Positions 34,736 through 45,196 are shown, counted from the first letter of the stretch. The stretch is 64,000 nucleotides of DNA from an uncultured SAR86 cluster bacterium (GCA_902558095.1 CACECP010000006.1:4850-68849), one strand, 5' to 3'. The notes: generated by a model from the sequence alone, not told the origin. Numbers and translations are program-made.

Positions 34736-37525
34736 TTAAAATTCAAATCCAAATTGTAGACCCCATGTTCTTGGATCAGAGAATGATCCATATAGCTGTC
34801 CACCTTGCAAGTTACTTGCTGTTCTTAAGAACTGTAACTGCCTATCGTCAGCTATATTTTTACCATACAGAGCAACATACCAATCACTGTCATTTGGTGT
34901 GAATTTAACTAGCATATCAAAATACTTGTTAGCAGGAATTGCCATTCTTACTTCTTCAAATGCACTTGAATTAGATTCATCTCTGTATCTATATGAGAGT
35001 CTTGCAGATGTTTCTCCATTGCTAGATGGGAAAATCTTTGTCAAAGATAAACTATATTCAAGCTCAGCAGTGTTAGGAAGTTTGTTTCCTTTTAAGCTTG
35101 ATGGAACACCTTGAGCAACTGGACATGGTATTCCTGCTGCTGGAGCAAATTGTGGAGCTAAACAGTTAAATCCACCAGATTTAAATAAATTTAGGCCATT
35201 TGAGAATGCTGCTCCTGTAACAGCACCAGTTCCGTTAGGATCTAGCGCGCCAAGATAAGCAACAAGTTGTCCTCCAACAGGGTTCAGATAGTTAATGATA
35301 CTGGTATCAGAAGTTATTTCATTATCAATTGCTAACCAGCTGAACTGAATTTGAGTAGTTTCTGATGGGAAGAATGACATTTGTCCTTCAAAACCAGTTA
35401 TCTCAGCATCAAGGTTGTAGTTGATACTTGCATCATCCACGATTGCTGCAAGCAGCATTCCTTGGTTGTCATTTCTGAACAGATTCATGTTTAGTAACAT
35501 AGCGCCATCAAGGAAAATACCTTTAAGACCAAAGTCTAATACTGCTGTTTCTTCTGGATCATAAGTGCTAGAACTCGAACCTGCGTTTACACCTCCAGCT
35601 TTTGTAGCAGTTGTATAACTTCCATAAACCATTACATCTTCACTTAAATAATGCTGAAGAGCTACTTTGTAAGAGGAAGATGTATCAGAAACAGTTCTTT
35701 TTTGAAGCATCCCCGGAATGTCTCTTGGATTAGCATATGCATTTCCACCTCTGGCTACATATTGTCTTCCAACTAAGTCATTAAAGTTTGAGCTATCAAC
35801 AAGAAAGTCATCATATCTTGCACCAATTGTAAGCATAGTATTTTCGTTTATATCAAAATACAACTCACCATAAAGTGCTTGAGATTTTGTTCTTACATGT
35901 TGATCGCTTAAAGTTCCTCTGAGATCAACTGGAACTGTCATATCAGGCATAGCATTAATTGTTGCTACCAAAGTACCATAAGCAGTTAATATGCCTTGAG
36001 CTGTAGCTGGATCAGTTATTAAACCAGCTTGAACTTGTTGAACGCTTGGTATTACAGCCATAAGTCTTAATAACTGATCATAAAAAGCAAAACCACCTTT
36101 ATTAGAGTAATCTAATCCGGTTAATCCAAAAAGAACTGGTGCATATGGATGAGCTCCAAAATCACCAATCAGTTGAGTGCCCATGGTTTGAACTCTATAT
36201 TCATTATCAGTTGTATCGTCATACCAATAATATCCAAAAGTATAATTAAATGAATCATCATAACTTGAGACGACATTAATTTCTGCTTGTTTATTTTCAG
36301 TTTCTACATCTGAAAAATCATATGTTCTGTCAGAATTAGCTAATTCACAGAATTGAATATCTCCACCAAAACATACAGTTGCTTCAACAGGAGGCAATCC
36401 TAATGCAGCGCCAACGCCTAGCAAAGGGACCGTTGATATACTTCCATCATTATCATTCATTTGATGGAAATCTCTAGTTGAATATGTATATTTAACAATC
36501 ATTTGAAGATCGTCATTTAAATCATGTGTTAGTTCTAAATTTGTAACTTCTGATTCTTGATAATGAGTTGGCTCTCTGTCTAAATAAAGTGTATCAAAAC
36601 CACTTGCTAAAGATGGGCCATATTTATTAACTATTGTTCCTGGATCTATTAATGAATAAAATCCAAATAATCCTGCAACATGTCCTCTGGTATCAGCTGC
36701 TTGGTTGATTCCACCTCTTGAATATGGTGAACAGCCAAAGAATTGATCTTGAGCACAGAAAGATACCTCTTCTTGAGGTCTATTATCATCACTTTTTTGA
36801 CCTGAATATGTAAATTTAAGATCAGTTGCGTCACTTAAGTTCCAATCTAATGAAAATCTTAAACCCACATCATTTCTATCATCATAGTCATTACCAGTAT
36901 TAGCATTATGAACCATGCCGTCTCTTTGATTAGACATAAAAGCTATTCTTGAATTTATACTGTCTGTTAGCGGAATATTAACAGCACCTTTCATTAGTGA
37001 TCTTCCATAGTTACCACCTTCAACATCAAGATAGCCACCTAATTCAGAGGTAGGCCTCTTGGTAATAAGGTTTATAACACCTTGAACAGAATTTCTGCCG
37101 TTAAGGGTTCCTTGAGGTCCTTTTAGAACTTCAACCCTTTCTATATCCATAAATCCTAAATCTACAAATTGTCCAGTACCAACACTGTGGCCGTTCATAT
37201 TTGTAACTAAAGATGAAACAACAGCTGCACCAATTCCATAAGAACCGATACCTCGCATAGAAAATGCTGAACCTGAACCTATACCTTTACCAAACCCAAA
37301 ACCAGGAACGACCTCTGTTAAATCAGAAAGATCATAAATTTGTTCTGAATCGAGCATATCTGAGGTAAAAGCTTCCACAGAGATAGCAATATCCTGAGTA
37401 GACTCTTCCTTCTTTGTTGCAGTAACTACAACTTCTTCAACTTCTTGTGCAAATGAAGAAATTGAAAAGGAAAGTGTCAAAAAAGACATTAAAAATAATT
37501 TGTTAGTTAATTTTGTTTTAAACAT
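34736..37525 (-). CDS. TonB-dependent outer-membrane receptor (tandem paralogue 2)
   Basis: Signal peptide, plug motifs QEVEEVVVTATKKEESTQDIAISVEAFT and RVEVLKGPQGTLNGRNSVQG, C-terminal ..FGFEF. Start set at ATG 37525 (MFKTKL), which has a GGGGGA Shine-Dalgarno 8 nt upstream. The track's start at 37540 is a GTG inside that SD region. Confidence 0.9.
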   Translation of the reverse strand: MFKTKLTNKLFLMSFLTLSFSISSFAQEVEEVVVTATKKEESTQDIAISVEAFTSDMLDSEQIYDLSDLTEVVPGFGFGKGIGSGSAFSMRGIGSYGIGAAVVSSLVTNMNGHSVGTGQFVDLGFMDIERVEVLKGPQGTLNGRNSVQGVINLITKRPTSELGGYLDVEGGNYGRSLMKGAVNIPLTDSINSRIAFMSNQRDGMVHNANTGNDYDDRNDVGLRFSLDWNLSDATDLKFTYSGQKSDDNRPQEEVSFCAQDQFFGCSPYSRGGINQAADTRGHVAGLFGFYSLIDPGTIVNKYGPSLASGFDTLYLDREPTHYQESEVTNLELTHDLNDDLQMIVKYTYSTRDFHQMNDNDGSISTVPLLGVGAALGLPPVEATVCFGGDIQFCELANSDRTYDFSDVETENKQAEINVVSSYDDSFNYTFGYYWYDDTTDNEYRVQTMGTQLIGDFGAHPYAPVLFGLTGLDYSNKGGFAFYDQLLRLMAVIPSVQQVQAGLITDPATAQGILTAYGTLVATINAMPDMTVPVDLRGTLSDQHVRTKSQALYGELYFDINENTMLTIGARYDDFLVDSSNFNDLVGRQYVARGGNAYANPRDIPGMLQKRTVSDTSSSYKVALQHYLSEDVMVYGSYTTATKAGGVNAGSSSSTYDPEETAVLDFGLKGIFLDGAMLLNMNLFRNDNQGMLLAAIVDDASINYNLDAEITGFEGQMSFFPSETTQIQFSWLAIDNEITSDTSIINYLNPVGGQLVAYLGALDPNGTGAVTGAAFSNGLNLFKSGGFNCLAPQFAPAAGIPCPVAQGVPSSLKGNKLPNTAELEYSLSLTKIFPSSNGETSARLSYRYRDESNSSAFEEVRMAIPANKYFDMLVKFTPNDSDWYVALYGKNIADDRQLQFLRTASNLQGGQLYGSFSDPRTWGLQFGFEF

Positions 37526-37579
37526 GTATATATCCCCCACGTTTATTTAACGTTATTTAATCTAACGAGTATTCTAATT

Positions 37580-37606
37580 AAAAAAGGCTGGATAAACCAG
37601 CCTTTT
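37580..37606 (-). terminator. intrinsic (bidirectional-looking) terminator between the two tandem receptor genes
   Basis: AAAAAAGGCTGG-ATAAA-CCAGCCTTTT. A T-run follows the stem on both strands. Confidence 0.75.
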
Positions 37607-37623
37607 ATTGGATTTAAACAATT

Positions 37624-40329
37624 TTAGAAAGTTGTACCAAATCCGATACTCCATGTTCTAGGATCAGTAATTGTTGCAAATTTTGCTCCTCCTTGGAGTC
37701 CACTTGCCATATACCATGATCCAACATACTTATCATCATTAAGGTTTTTACCTTCAAATCTAACAAACCAGTTACCATCATTTGGTCTAAAGGTAACAGA
37801 AGCATCCCAGTACTTATGTTCTGGAACTCTCGTTTGTGCTTCGTTATATACAGTGCCCTCTCTTTCTCCCATATATCTAAAAGCCAATCTTGAACTAACT
37901 ATTCCATTCGAAGTAGCAAAGTCTTTGTTTAAGCCAAGGCTGTATGATAATTCAGGCGATTGAGGAAGTTTGTTTCCTGACACATCAACTGGTGTACCAA
38001 GACCAGCTGCTGGACAATTAACTCCACCTAGCGGATTAAATGGCACAGAGCACATATAACCTGCTGACTTAAATACATTACCTAAATCAGTAGTTGTTAT
38101 TGCAAGTGCTCCTAATGCATCAACATTAACCCTATTTCCAAGACCGGAAGAAGCGTTAAGAATATTTACTGGATTAATTAAGCTTAGTGCTGTAATTTCA
38201 GAATCGACTTTTAACCAGGTTAAATCAACACTGGTAGTTTCATTCATATAAAATAACAAATTACCTTCAAAACCATTTATCTCAGCATCAGTATTTACGT
38301 TTCTTGATCCAGCATTAACAATAGATGAAATTAACATCCCATCTGTTGTATTTTGGAAATATGCTGCATTAAATAGCATAGCGCCATCTAATAAAATGCT
38401 CTTTGTACCAATCTCAAAAACACCAGTTTCTTCTTGATCATAAGGATCGGGAGTACCTGTTGAATTTGGGTTGTTACCGCCTGCTTTTGTAGCAGTTGTA
38501 TAACTTGCATAAACCATTTGATTATCACTCAAATTATGCTGAACTGCTATCTTGTAACCAATTGCGTCATCAGCCTCTACAACTTGAGTTGGGAAGAATC
38601 CATATTCTCCAGTTGCTTTCTGAGAAGCAGGATATGCAGGACAACTAAAGAATGTTAAACAAGATGCAACACTATCCTTAACTACATCATCGTTATATCT
38701 TAATCCAAGAGTAAGCATTGTATCTTCAGAAAGGTCTATATAAACCTCACCAAGAATAGCTTTTGATTTAACTCTTACATGGTCTTCATTTATAAAACCT
38801 TGTATAGGAGTTGGAGTTGTATAACCATTTAAAAGAACTGGCAGTAAAGTAGCATCAAATCCACTCAATGCCCAGGGAACAAAGAAATCAGTTGAACCTG
38901 ATCCAGTCAAAGCTCCTCCAAAGAGAGTCGCATTATATGGATGAAGTGAACCGTCTGAAATTAAGTTCCATGACGCAGTTTGAACCTGATAAATATTCTT
39001 AGTTGTATAATCATAATGATAAAAACCAACTACATAATTAATAGGTCCATCGTAATTAGATATAAATGTTATCTCTGCCTGTCTTGTCTCAGAGTCTGCA
39101 TTTGAAAATTCATATGTTCTATCTGAATCGATCATTTCACAGAAACCATAACCCTCTCCACCAAAACAACCGGTCCATTGCATTGGAATAGCTGCTGCTG
39201 GATGACCAGCTGGGAAAAGTCCTGGGAATTTTTGAACTGCTACAGAGTAGTCATTATCACCCATGTGGTAATAATCTCTAACTGAATAAGTTGCCTTAGC
39301 TACCATATCAACATTTTCATTAATCTGATGATTTAGCTGAAGCATCGTATATTCTGATAACTGCTTGTGCTCAGGATCTCTATTAATATTTACTTTTTCA
39401 AGCGAATTTAGAACTGTTGCACCAACATATGAGTTGTTATCAGCAGTACTATTTAAACCTGCTATGAAATTAAATATAGCAGCAGTACTTCCTCTTGTGT
39501 CTCCAGGCTGACCAAAAGTTCCTCTTGAAAATGGATCACAACCAAAAACTGGATGAGAGTTACAAACAATAATACCAATATTTTGTCTATTATCATCAGT
39601 CTCTGATCTATCGTATGTAAATTCAAGTGAAGTAGTTTCAGAAATATCGAAATCAACCGAAAGTCTTACGCCATATGCATCTCTTCCATCAATATCGTTG
39701 CCTGTATGAATGTTTTCTATTGTTCCATCTCTTTCAAACATAGTATATGCAAGTCTTGCACTAACTTTATCGCTGAAAGGCATGTTTAGCATTAGATTAG
39801 ATCTTGTAGAATTATAATTACCTGAAGATACATCAAATGATCCACCCCATTCAGAAGTCGGTCTTGCTGTAACAACGTTAACCAAACCTTGAACTGCGTT
39901 TCTGCCTGATAAAGTACCTTGAGGTCCTTTTAATACCTCGATTCTTTCAAGGTCATGGAAACCGACCTCAGATATTGCAGAACTTCCATATTCGTGGCCG
40001 TTCATATTAACCACTAATGAGCCAACAACAGCAGCACCAACACCATAAGAGCCAACACCTCTCATTGAGTATGAAGCTCCAGATCCAATAGCTTTATCTA
40101 TAATCAATCCAGGGACTATTTCAGCAAGGTCACTGAAATCTTCAACCATATTATTGTCTATATCATCGGCAGTAAATGCTTCAACAGATACAGCTAAATC
40201 TTGTATAGATTCTTCTTTCTTAGTTGCCGTAACTACAACTTCTTCAACTTCTTGAGCAATGATATTCAAAGAAAAAATTAAAGATAAGCAAGCACAGAAA
40301 CTAAATGATAGCTTTAAAAATTTGTCCAT
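37624..40329 (-). CDS. TonB-dependent outer-membrane receptor (tandem paralogue 1)
   Basis: Signal peptide, QEVEEVVVTATKKEESIQDLAVSVEAFT, RIEVLKGPQGTLSGRNAVQG, C-terminal ..GFGTTF. AGGGGGG Shine-Dalgarno. Confidence 0.9.
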   Translation of the reverse strand: MDKFLKLSFSFCACLSLIFSLNIIAQEVEEVVVTATKKEESIQDLAVSVEAFTADDIDNNMVEDFSDLAEIVPGLIIDKAIGSGASYSMRGVGSYGVGAAVVGSLVVNMNGHEYGSSAISEVGFHDLERIEVLKGPQGTLSGRNAVQGLVNVVTARPTSEWGGSFDVSSGNYNSTRSNLMLNMPFSDKVSARLAYTMFERDGTIENIHTGNDIDGRDAYGVRLSVDFDISETTSLEFTYDRSETDDNRQNIGIIVCNSHPVFGCDPFSRGTFGQPGDTRGSTAAIFNFIAGLNSTADNNSYVGATVLNSLEKVNINRDPEHKQLSEYTMLQLNHQINENVDMVAKATYSVRDYYHMGDNDYSVAVQKFPGLFPAGHPAAAIPMQWTGCFGGEGYGFCEMIDSDRTYEFSNADSETRQAEITFISNYDGPINYVVGFYHYDYTTKNIYQVQTASWNLISDGSLHPYNATLFGGALTGSGSTDFFVPWALSGFDATLLPVLLNGYTTPTPIQGFINEDHVRVKSKAILGEVYIDLSEDTMLTLGLRYNDDVVKDSVASCLTFFSCPAYPASQKATGEYGFFPTQVVEADDAIGYKIAVQHNLSDNQMVYASYTTATKAGGNNPNSTGTPDPYDQEETGVFEIGTKSILLDGAMLFNAAYFQNTTDGMLISSIVNAGSRNVNTDAEINGFEGNLLFYMNETTSVDLTWLKVDSEITALSLINPVNILNASSGLGNRVNVDALGALAITTTDLGNVFKSAGYMCSVPFNPLGGVNCPAAGLGTPVDVSGNKLPQSPELSYSLGLNKDFATSNGIVSSRLAFRYMGEREGTVYNEAQTRVPEHKYWDASVTFRPNDGNWFVRFEGKNLNDDKYVGSWYMASGLQGGAKFATITDPRTWSIGFGTTF

Positions 40330-40374
40330 ATTAACCCCCCTAATATTGGTTGTATTGAACTTTTATTTCCACTA

Positions 40375-40402
40375 ACTATAGCACTATAAAAGTTATCTAC
40401 AA
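40375..40402 (-). promoter_or_regulatory. candidate sigma70-type promoter for the tandem receptor genes
   Basis: Minus strand TTGTAG-16 nt-TATAGT, ~45 nt upstream of the ATG. AT-rich DNA produces many such matches by chance. Confidence 0.25.
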
Positions 40403-40459
40403 AATAAATATACATTTATTATATGTATTTCTTATAATTATTAATAATCTAGACTTATC

Positions 40460-40651
40460 TTAATTATGCCAGGGATGACATTTTGAAATTCTTTTAATTG
40501 CGAGCTGGGTTCCTTTAATAACACCCTCTTTCGATATGACTTCAATTGCGTATTGAGAGCATGTTGGTTGGAATCTACAAGATGGTGGAAAAAGTGGTGA
40601 TATAAAATACCTATAAAAGCGAATCGGTAGTATAAATATCTTAGCAATCAT
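40460..40651 (-). CDS. yidD: membrane protein insertion efficiency factor YidD (short C-terminus)
   Basis: [23 protein letters not shown] and KRISKCHPW motifs. The alternative-frame ORF 40441..40647 is ignored. Confidence 0.8.
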   Translation of the reverse strand: MIAKIFILPIRFYRYFISPLFPPSCRFQPTCSQYAIEVISKEGVIKGTQLAIKRISKCHPWHN

Positions 40652-40657
40652 TAAATT

Positions 40658-42583
40658 TTAGACTGAGTTTTCTTTTGTTATTTCTTTAATAGCATCGTCC
40701 AATTTAAGGACATTATTATTATTGCTTCCTATTCGTCTTATTGAAACAGTTCTATCATTTTTTTCATTATTACCAATTGCTAGAATGATTGGCACTTTTT
40801 TTGAGCTATGTTCTCTAACTTTATAACTAATCTTTTCATTCCTAAGGTCTGCTTCGGCTCTAATTCCTTCTTTCTTCAGTAAGTCCATGATTTCAATGGA
40901 ATAATCATTAACATCAGAAATGATTGATGCAATGACAACCTGTTGAGGTGCAAGCCAAAATGGAAGCTTGCCTGCATAATTTTCGATTAAAATACCAATA
41001 AATCTCTCAAAGGAACCTAGCACAGCTCTATGAATCATGACCGGATTGTTTTTGTTTCCATCCTCACCAACATATTCTGCATTAAGCCTTTCTGGTAAGT
41101 TAAAATCTAATTGGAAAGTACCACACTGCCAATCTCTTCCTATTGCATCGGTAAGAACAAAATCTAACTTTGGACCATAAAAAGCTCCATCTCCTTCATC
41201 AATTTTATAGGGATAACCTAAATTTTTTATTGCAGCTTCCAATGAAGACTCTGCCCTATCCCAGACATCATCGGAACCAACTCTTGTTTCAGGCCTTGTT
41301 GATAGTTTTATATCAAAATCCTTAAATCCTAAATCAGCATATACACCCGAAAGCAATTCTATAAATTTACCAGTTTCAGACTCTATTTGATCTTCGGTAC
41401 AAAATATATGACCATCATCTTGAGTAAAGCCCCTTACCCTCATTAATCCATGCATTGTTCCAGACGGTTCATATCTGTGACATGATCCAAATTCAGCAAA
41501 CTTAATTGGAAGATCTTTGTAAGATTTTATACCTTGATTGTATACCTGAACATGACAAGGACAATTCATGGGCTTTAATGCATTTACTCTTTTTTCATTA
41601 GCATGCTCTTCATCTATTTCGGTTATAAACATATTTTCACGATATTTGTCCCAATGGCCTGATGCCTCCCATAGCTTTCTATCAACAACTAATGGAGTAT
41701 TAATTTCTAAGTATCCAGAATCTTCAAGTTTCTGACGCATAAAATTTTGAAGCTGTCTATAAATAGTCCAACCATAAGGATGCCAAAAAACCATTCCTGG
41801 GGCTTCGTCTTGAAAATGAAATAAATTCATTTCTTTCCCCAGTTGCCTATGATCTCTTTTCTGAGCTTCTTCGATATCACTTAGATATTTATCCAATTCT
41901 TTTTCATTATTCCAAGCTGTGCCATATATCCTGGTAAGCATTTTGTTTTCTGAGTCCCCTTTCCAATATGCTCCTGAAACTTTAGTTAATTTGAAAGATC
42001 CAATAAAGCTTAGGCTAGGCAAATGAGGTCCCCTGCATAAATCAATAAATTTTTCGTCATCTTGATAATATAATTGAAAATCATCTTTTTGATCTGATTC
42101 ATTTATTATTTCAACCTTGTAGGGCTCTTTTAAAGATTTAAATATCTTTAAGGCATCTTTTTTACTCTTTAATTTTTTTGTTATAGATGAATTTGTCTTT
42201 ATAATTCGATGCATTTCATCTTCGATCTTTTGTAAATCATCAACAGAAATACCTTCATCCACTTCTACATCGTAATAAAAACCATTATCAATAGTAGGTC
42301 CAATTGCTAAGAATGATTTTGAATAAATATTTTTTAAAGCTCTTGCTAAAACCTGAGCAGTGAGCGTATGACGCATAATCTCAAGACCTTTGTCTGAATC
42401 AATTGTGATAATAGAAATGCAGCAATCTGAGTTGATAGGATCATGAAGGTCTTTCTGTTCACCATCAATTTCTATTGCTACTGCAGCTTTTGCCAAACCT
42501 GCACCAATGTCTTTTGCAAGATCATATCCAGAAGATCCTTCAGGTAACTCTCTAATGCTGTTGTCAGGTAAGGTTAATTTCAT
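40658..42583 (-). CDS. thrS: threonine--tRNA ligase
   Basis: 641 aa: TGS-like N-terminus, class II core (FRGFTQDDGHIF-type segment VRGFTQDDGHIFC, HRAVLGSFERF), C-terminal anticodon-binding domain. Confidence 0.95.
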   Translation of the reverse strand: MKLTLPDNSIRELPEGSSGYDLAKDIGAGLAKAAVAIEIDGEQKDLHDPINSDCCISIITIDSDKGLEIMRHTLTAQVLARALKNIYSKSFLAIGPTIDNGFYYDVEVDEGISVDDLQKIEDEMHRIIKTNSSITKKLKSKKDALKIFKSLKEPYKVEIINESDQKDDFQLYYQDDEKFIDLCRGPHLPSLSFIGSFKLTKVSGAYWKGDSENKMLTRIYGTAWNNEKELDKYLSDIEEAQKRDHRQLGKEMNLFHFQDEAPGMVFWHPYGWTIYRQLQNFMRQKLEDSGYLEINTPLVVDRKLWEASGHWDKYRENMFITEIDEEHANEKRVNALKPMNCPCHVQVYNQGIKSYKDLPIKFAEFGSCHRYEPSGTMHGLMRVRGFTQDDGHIFCTEDQIESETGKFIELLSGVYADLGFKDFDIKLSTRPETRVGSDDVWDRAESSLEAAIKNLGYPYKIDEGDGAFYGPKLDFVLTDAIGRDWQCGTFQLDFNLPERLNAEYVGEDGNKNNPVMIHRAVLGSFERFIGILIENYAGKLPFWLAPQQVVIASIISDVNDYSIEIMDLLKKEGIRAEADLRNEKISYKVREHSSKKVPIILAIGNNEKNDRTVSIRRIGSNNNNVLKLDDAIKEITKENSV

Positions 42584-42621
42584 GCAAGTATTATAGATTG
42601 GTTAAGCAATTTTTAATAACT

Positions 42622-44469
42622 CTATTTAATTGGTAAGTATATGACAGTATTTGTTGAAAGTATCATGATAAAAATTAAACAAGTTATGATTGGTCCAAGG
42701 TAGACTCTGCCAGTCATGTTAAAAAAAATTCTATTAAAATAAGGAAGGATAAACATCATAGGTACAATTCCAAATAATAAGTTCACGCTAAGCCAGTTTG
42801 TAGTCCAATATACGGTCCCAGTAAATGCATAAGTAACGTATTGAATTACTATTATTAAGATTAATCCTAACGAATTAGCAAAACCAGCAATTAGTCTGGA
42901 TTGCCATTCAGATTGATTTTTAAATCGCATAGATCCATTGACTCTCAGTGAATTTGAAAAGAAAAATATAAAGAATAAGGGAAAATACATTAGTAGAACT
43001 AATAACATTTCTGGTTGAAATACTCTGACCCCCATAAACCAAAATCTATAATCAATGTGAAATATAAAGTAATTTATGAATAAGATTCCATAGTAAATAC
43101 TAAAAACCAATATTCCTAAAATTATTGTTTTAGTAAGCTCTTTTTTTGAAACTTTTAAGCCCCAAGATTTCTTTTTTACCCCATGATGTTTTCCAAAAAA
43201 ATAAAACGATAAAAGAAAAATGACAATTCCGATAGTACCATTCAGGGCAGCCCAAAGCATTACAGAATTGTTCATCCTTTGAGGAAAAAACCATGTTAAT
43301 TCTCTGTTGGCGGCATCTGCAAATAAAACTTTTGCAATATCAACCATTGGTATAAATGTTATACATGCTATTGATGCGCTTATAAAAAATATTATCCAAA
43401 AAACTATCCTGCTTCTTTTTGATTGCACCGGAAGAGCATCAGGAATAGGTTTGATTATTTCTTTAAAGAGATTTATTCGAAGCAACATTCTCGTCAGAGG
43501 TATTAACATTATCAATGAAACAACCATATTAATTAAAGTAAGCAATTCTTTAAATTGCCAAATCTGGTCATTTGGTTCTAGCTTGTTTGGAAATCCGAAT
43601 ACTCTATCAAAATAATTGATTTGATTGGCAGTAGCCTCTTTATTGTATGGTTGAAATGGGTGAAGAAGTTTCTCGTTAAAAATAACCCTTAAATTATTGT
43701 TATCTTTGCTTCCATAATATTTCCCTAACTCTACTCTATCAATTTGACTATCTTTTTCTAAAATATTATTAATAACTCTTAGTGACTCAGGTGCGATCTC
43801 CATATTGGCTGCATCCCAACCCTTAAGTTCATTTCTAAAAGCCCCCTCATCATATAAAGCATAACTAATTCCCATATTGGATTTAGAATCTTTTAAAATA
43901 TTATCTCTTAAAGTCAAAACATAACCTGAAACAAAAACTGAATCTAATTTACTTTTTTTATTTAATTTAATGGCTTCCTTACCAAAATAGTCTGCTCCTC
44001 TAATTGCAGCATTCCCTCCCATAGAATGACCTGTAGAACCAATCTTATTAGTATCAACAAAGTCAAAATTTCCTTCATATGCATAATCCACAAGTGGGAA
44101 CATTCCATAACCTTGGTCTGTTGCTGCGAATCTAGTTGTTGAAGAAGAAGACATACCTTGGGCATAGGGATCGATTAATGCAACAGCAAAGCCTCTTCTT
44201 GAAAGTTCAATTGCAATGTTAGATAAAGCTTCCTTTGATCTCTGAAAACCTGGAACTACTACTACAAAGGGAACTTTATTAGAACTATTTGCTGATTTAG
44301 GTTTGTATAAATCGTAAACCAAAGTTTGGCCATCGTCTGTTTCAAGTTTTTTGAGTTGGATATTTACACTGCCAAAACTTGTTTGAACGATAGACGCAAA
44401 AAAACTCGCGATAAAAATAATACCAATGCAAATAAATAGAAACTTATTACTTTTTATATGGTTGACCAT
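42622..44469 (-). CDS. alpha/beta-hydrolase domain fused to a C-terminal polytopic membrane domain
   Basis: N-terminal TM, nucleophile elbow GHSMGG inside a ~300-aa hydrolase-like region, then ~8 hydrophobic helices. Confidence 0.6.
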   Translation of the reverse strand: MVNHIKSNKFLFICIGIIFIASFFASIVQTSFGSVNIQLKKLETDDGQTLVYDLYKPKSANSSNKVPFVVVVPGFQRSKEALSNIAIELSRRGFAVALIDPYAQGMSSSSTTRFAATDQGYGMFPLVDYAYEGNFDFVDTNKIGSTGHSMGGNAAIRGADYFGKEAIKLNKKSKLDSVFVSGYVLTLRDNILKDSKSNMGISYALYDEGAFRNELKGWDAANMEIAPESLRVINNILEKDSQIDRVELGKYYGSKDNNNLRVIFNEKLLHPFQPYNKEATANQINYFDRVFGFPNKLEPNDQIWQFKELLTLINMVVSLIMLIPLTRMLLRINLFKEIIKPIPDALPVQSKRSRIVFWIIFFISASIACITFIPMVDIAKVLFADAANRELTWFFPQRMNNSVMLWAALNGTIGIVIFLLSFYFFGKHHGVKKKSWGLKVSKKELTKTIILGILVFSIYYGILFINYFIFHIDYRFWFMGVRVFQPEMLLVLLMYFPLFFIFFFSNSLRVNGSMRFKNQSEWQSRLIAGFANSLGLILIIVIQYVTYAFTGTVYWTTNWLSVNLLFGIVPMMFILPYFNRIFFNMTGRVYLGPIITCLIFIMILSTNTVIYLPIK

Positions 44470-44494
44470 AATTTAATATAAAAAATATTCTAAT

Positions 44495-44569
44495 GCCTTC
44501 TTAGTTAAATGGATATAACAAATCCCTCCTAAGGATTAGTTGTAGGTTCGATTCCTACAGAGGGCACCA
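44495..44569 (+). tRNA. tRNA-Arg (anticodon CCU), 75 nt with encoded CCA
   Basis: Hand fold: acceptor GCCTTCT/AGAGGGC (one G-U), D stem GTTA/TAAC, anticodon stem AATCC/GGATT with loop CTCCTAA, T arm GTAGG-TTCGATT-CCTAC. Confidence 0.85.
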
Positions 44570-44570
44570 T

Positions 44571-44600
44571 AAAAAGAGCTGACATAGGCCAGCTCTAATT
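44571..44600. terminator. stem-loop between tRNA-Arg and the convergent gene (bidirectional terminator)
   Basis: AGAGCTG-ACATAGGC-CAGCTCT. TTTTT follows on the minus strand and ATTATTTTCTTTT on the plus strand. Confidence 0.65.
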
Positions 44601-44621
44601 ATTTTCTTTTAACAAATAAAA

Positions 44622-45101
44622 TTAGTCTTCAAAATCAGATGCTTGCGTTCTATGAACTCCTCCATAACTAGCAGATGAATAGTGAGCAGTTTTAAGTACC
44701 CATTTACCGCTCTCTTTAACCCAATTCATTGATACTCTAGTTCTATAGTCACTCATGTTGCCATCATTTCCTACCATACCTTCAGAATAAAACCTTACAT
44801 GCACAACATCATCGGATAATGCAGTAGCTTCTGGATAAAAATGCATAGTAGTTGCATCACCACTATTTTTCCATCCATCAACAGTTTGATTTGTTAAGGG
44901 TTTGTGAAAACTTCCATCAGAGTTTGTATCAAGAGTCCCTGACTTACTAGACATTGCTACTACAGTTTCAAAATCTCTAGAATTTCTTGCTTCCATGTAT
45001 TTATCAAGCGCTTTTAAGACTGCTTTTTCTGATGAGCTGTGATCATCAGCAAATACAAAACTTGTTGCTAATACCATACTTGCTATAAATAAATTTTTCA
45101 T
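44622..45101 (-). CDS. secreted SnoaL/NTF2-like (DUF4440-like) protein
   Basis: Signal peptide plus a ~140-aa domain whose N-terminal helix LKALDKYMEARNSRDFETV is typical of NTF2-like folds. Confidence 0.5.
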   Translation of the reverse strand: MKNLFIASMVLATSFVFADDHSSSEKAVLKALDKYMEARNSRDFETVVAMSSKSGTLDTNSDGSFHKPLTNQTVDGWKNSGDATTMHFYPEATALSDDVVHVRFYSEGMVGNDGNMSDYRTRVSMNWVKESGKWVLKTAHYSSASYGGVHRTQASDFED

Positions 45102-45196
45102 TCTTATCTCCTATTAAAATTATGTATATAAATAATACAGTATTTTAAGTAGTTTATTTTTGTAATTTATATATAAAAGTTAAATAGAAAGAGGAT

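Noticed and set aside
37614-37805. 63-aa ORF at the 3' end of the receptor gene
   Set aside because: An alternative frame within the well-supported TonB-dependent receptor CDS, with no independent signals.
40441-40647. 68-aa ORF overlapping yidD in another frame
   Set aside because: The 40460..40651 frame carries the conserved YidD motifs ([22 protein letters not shown]). The other frame has none.
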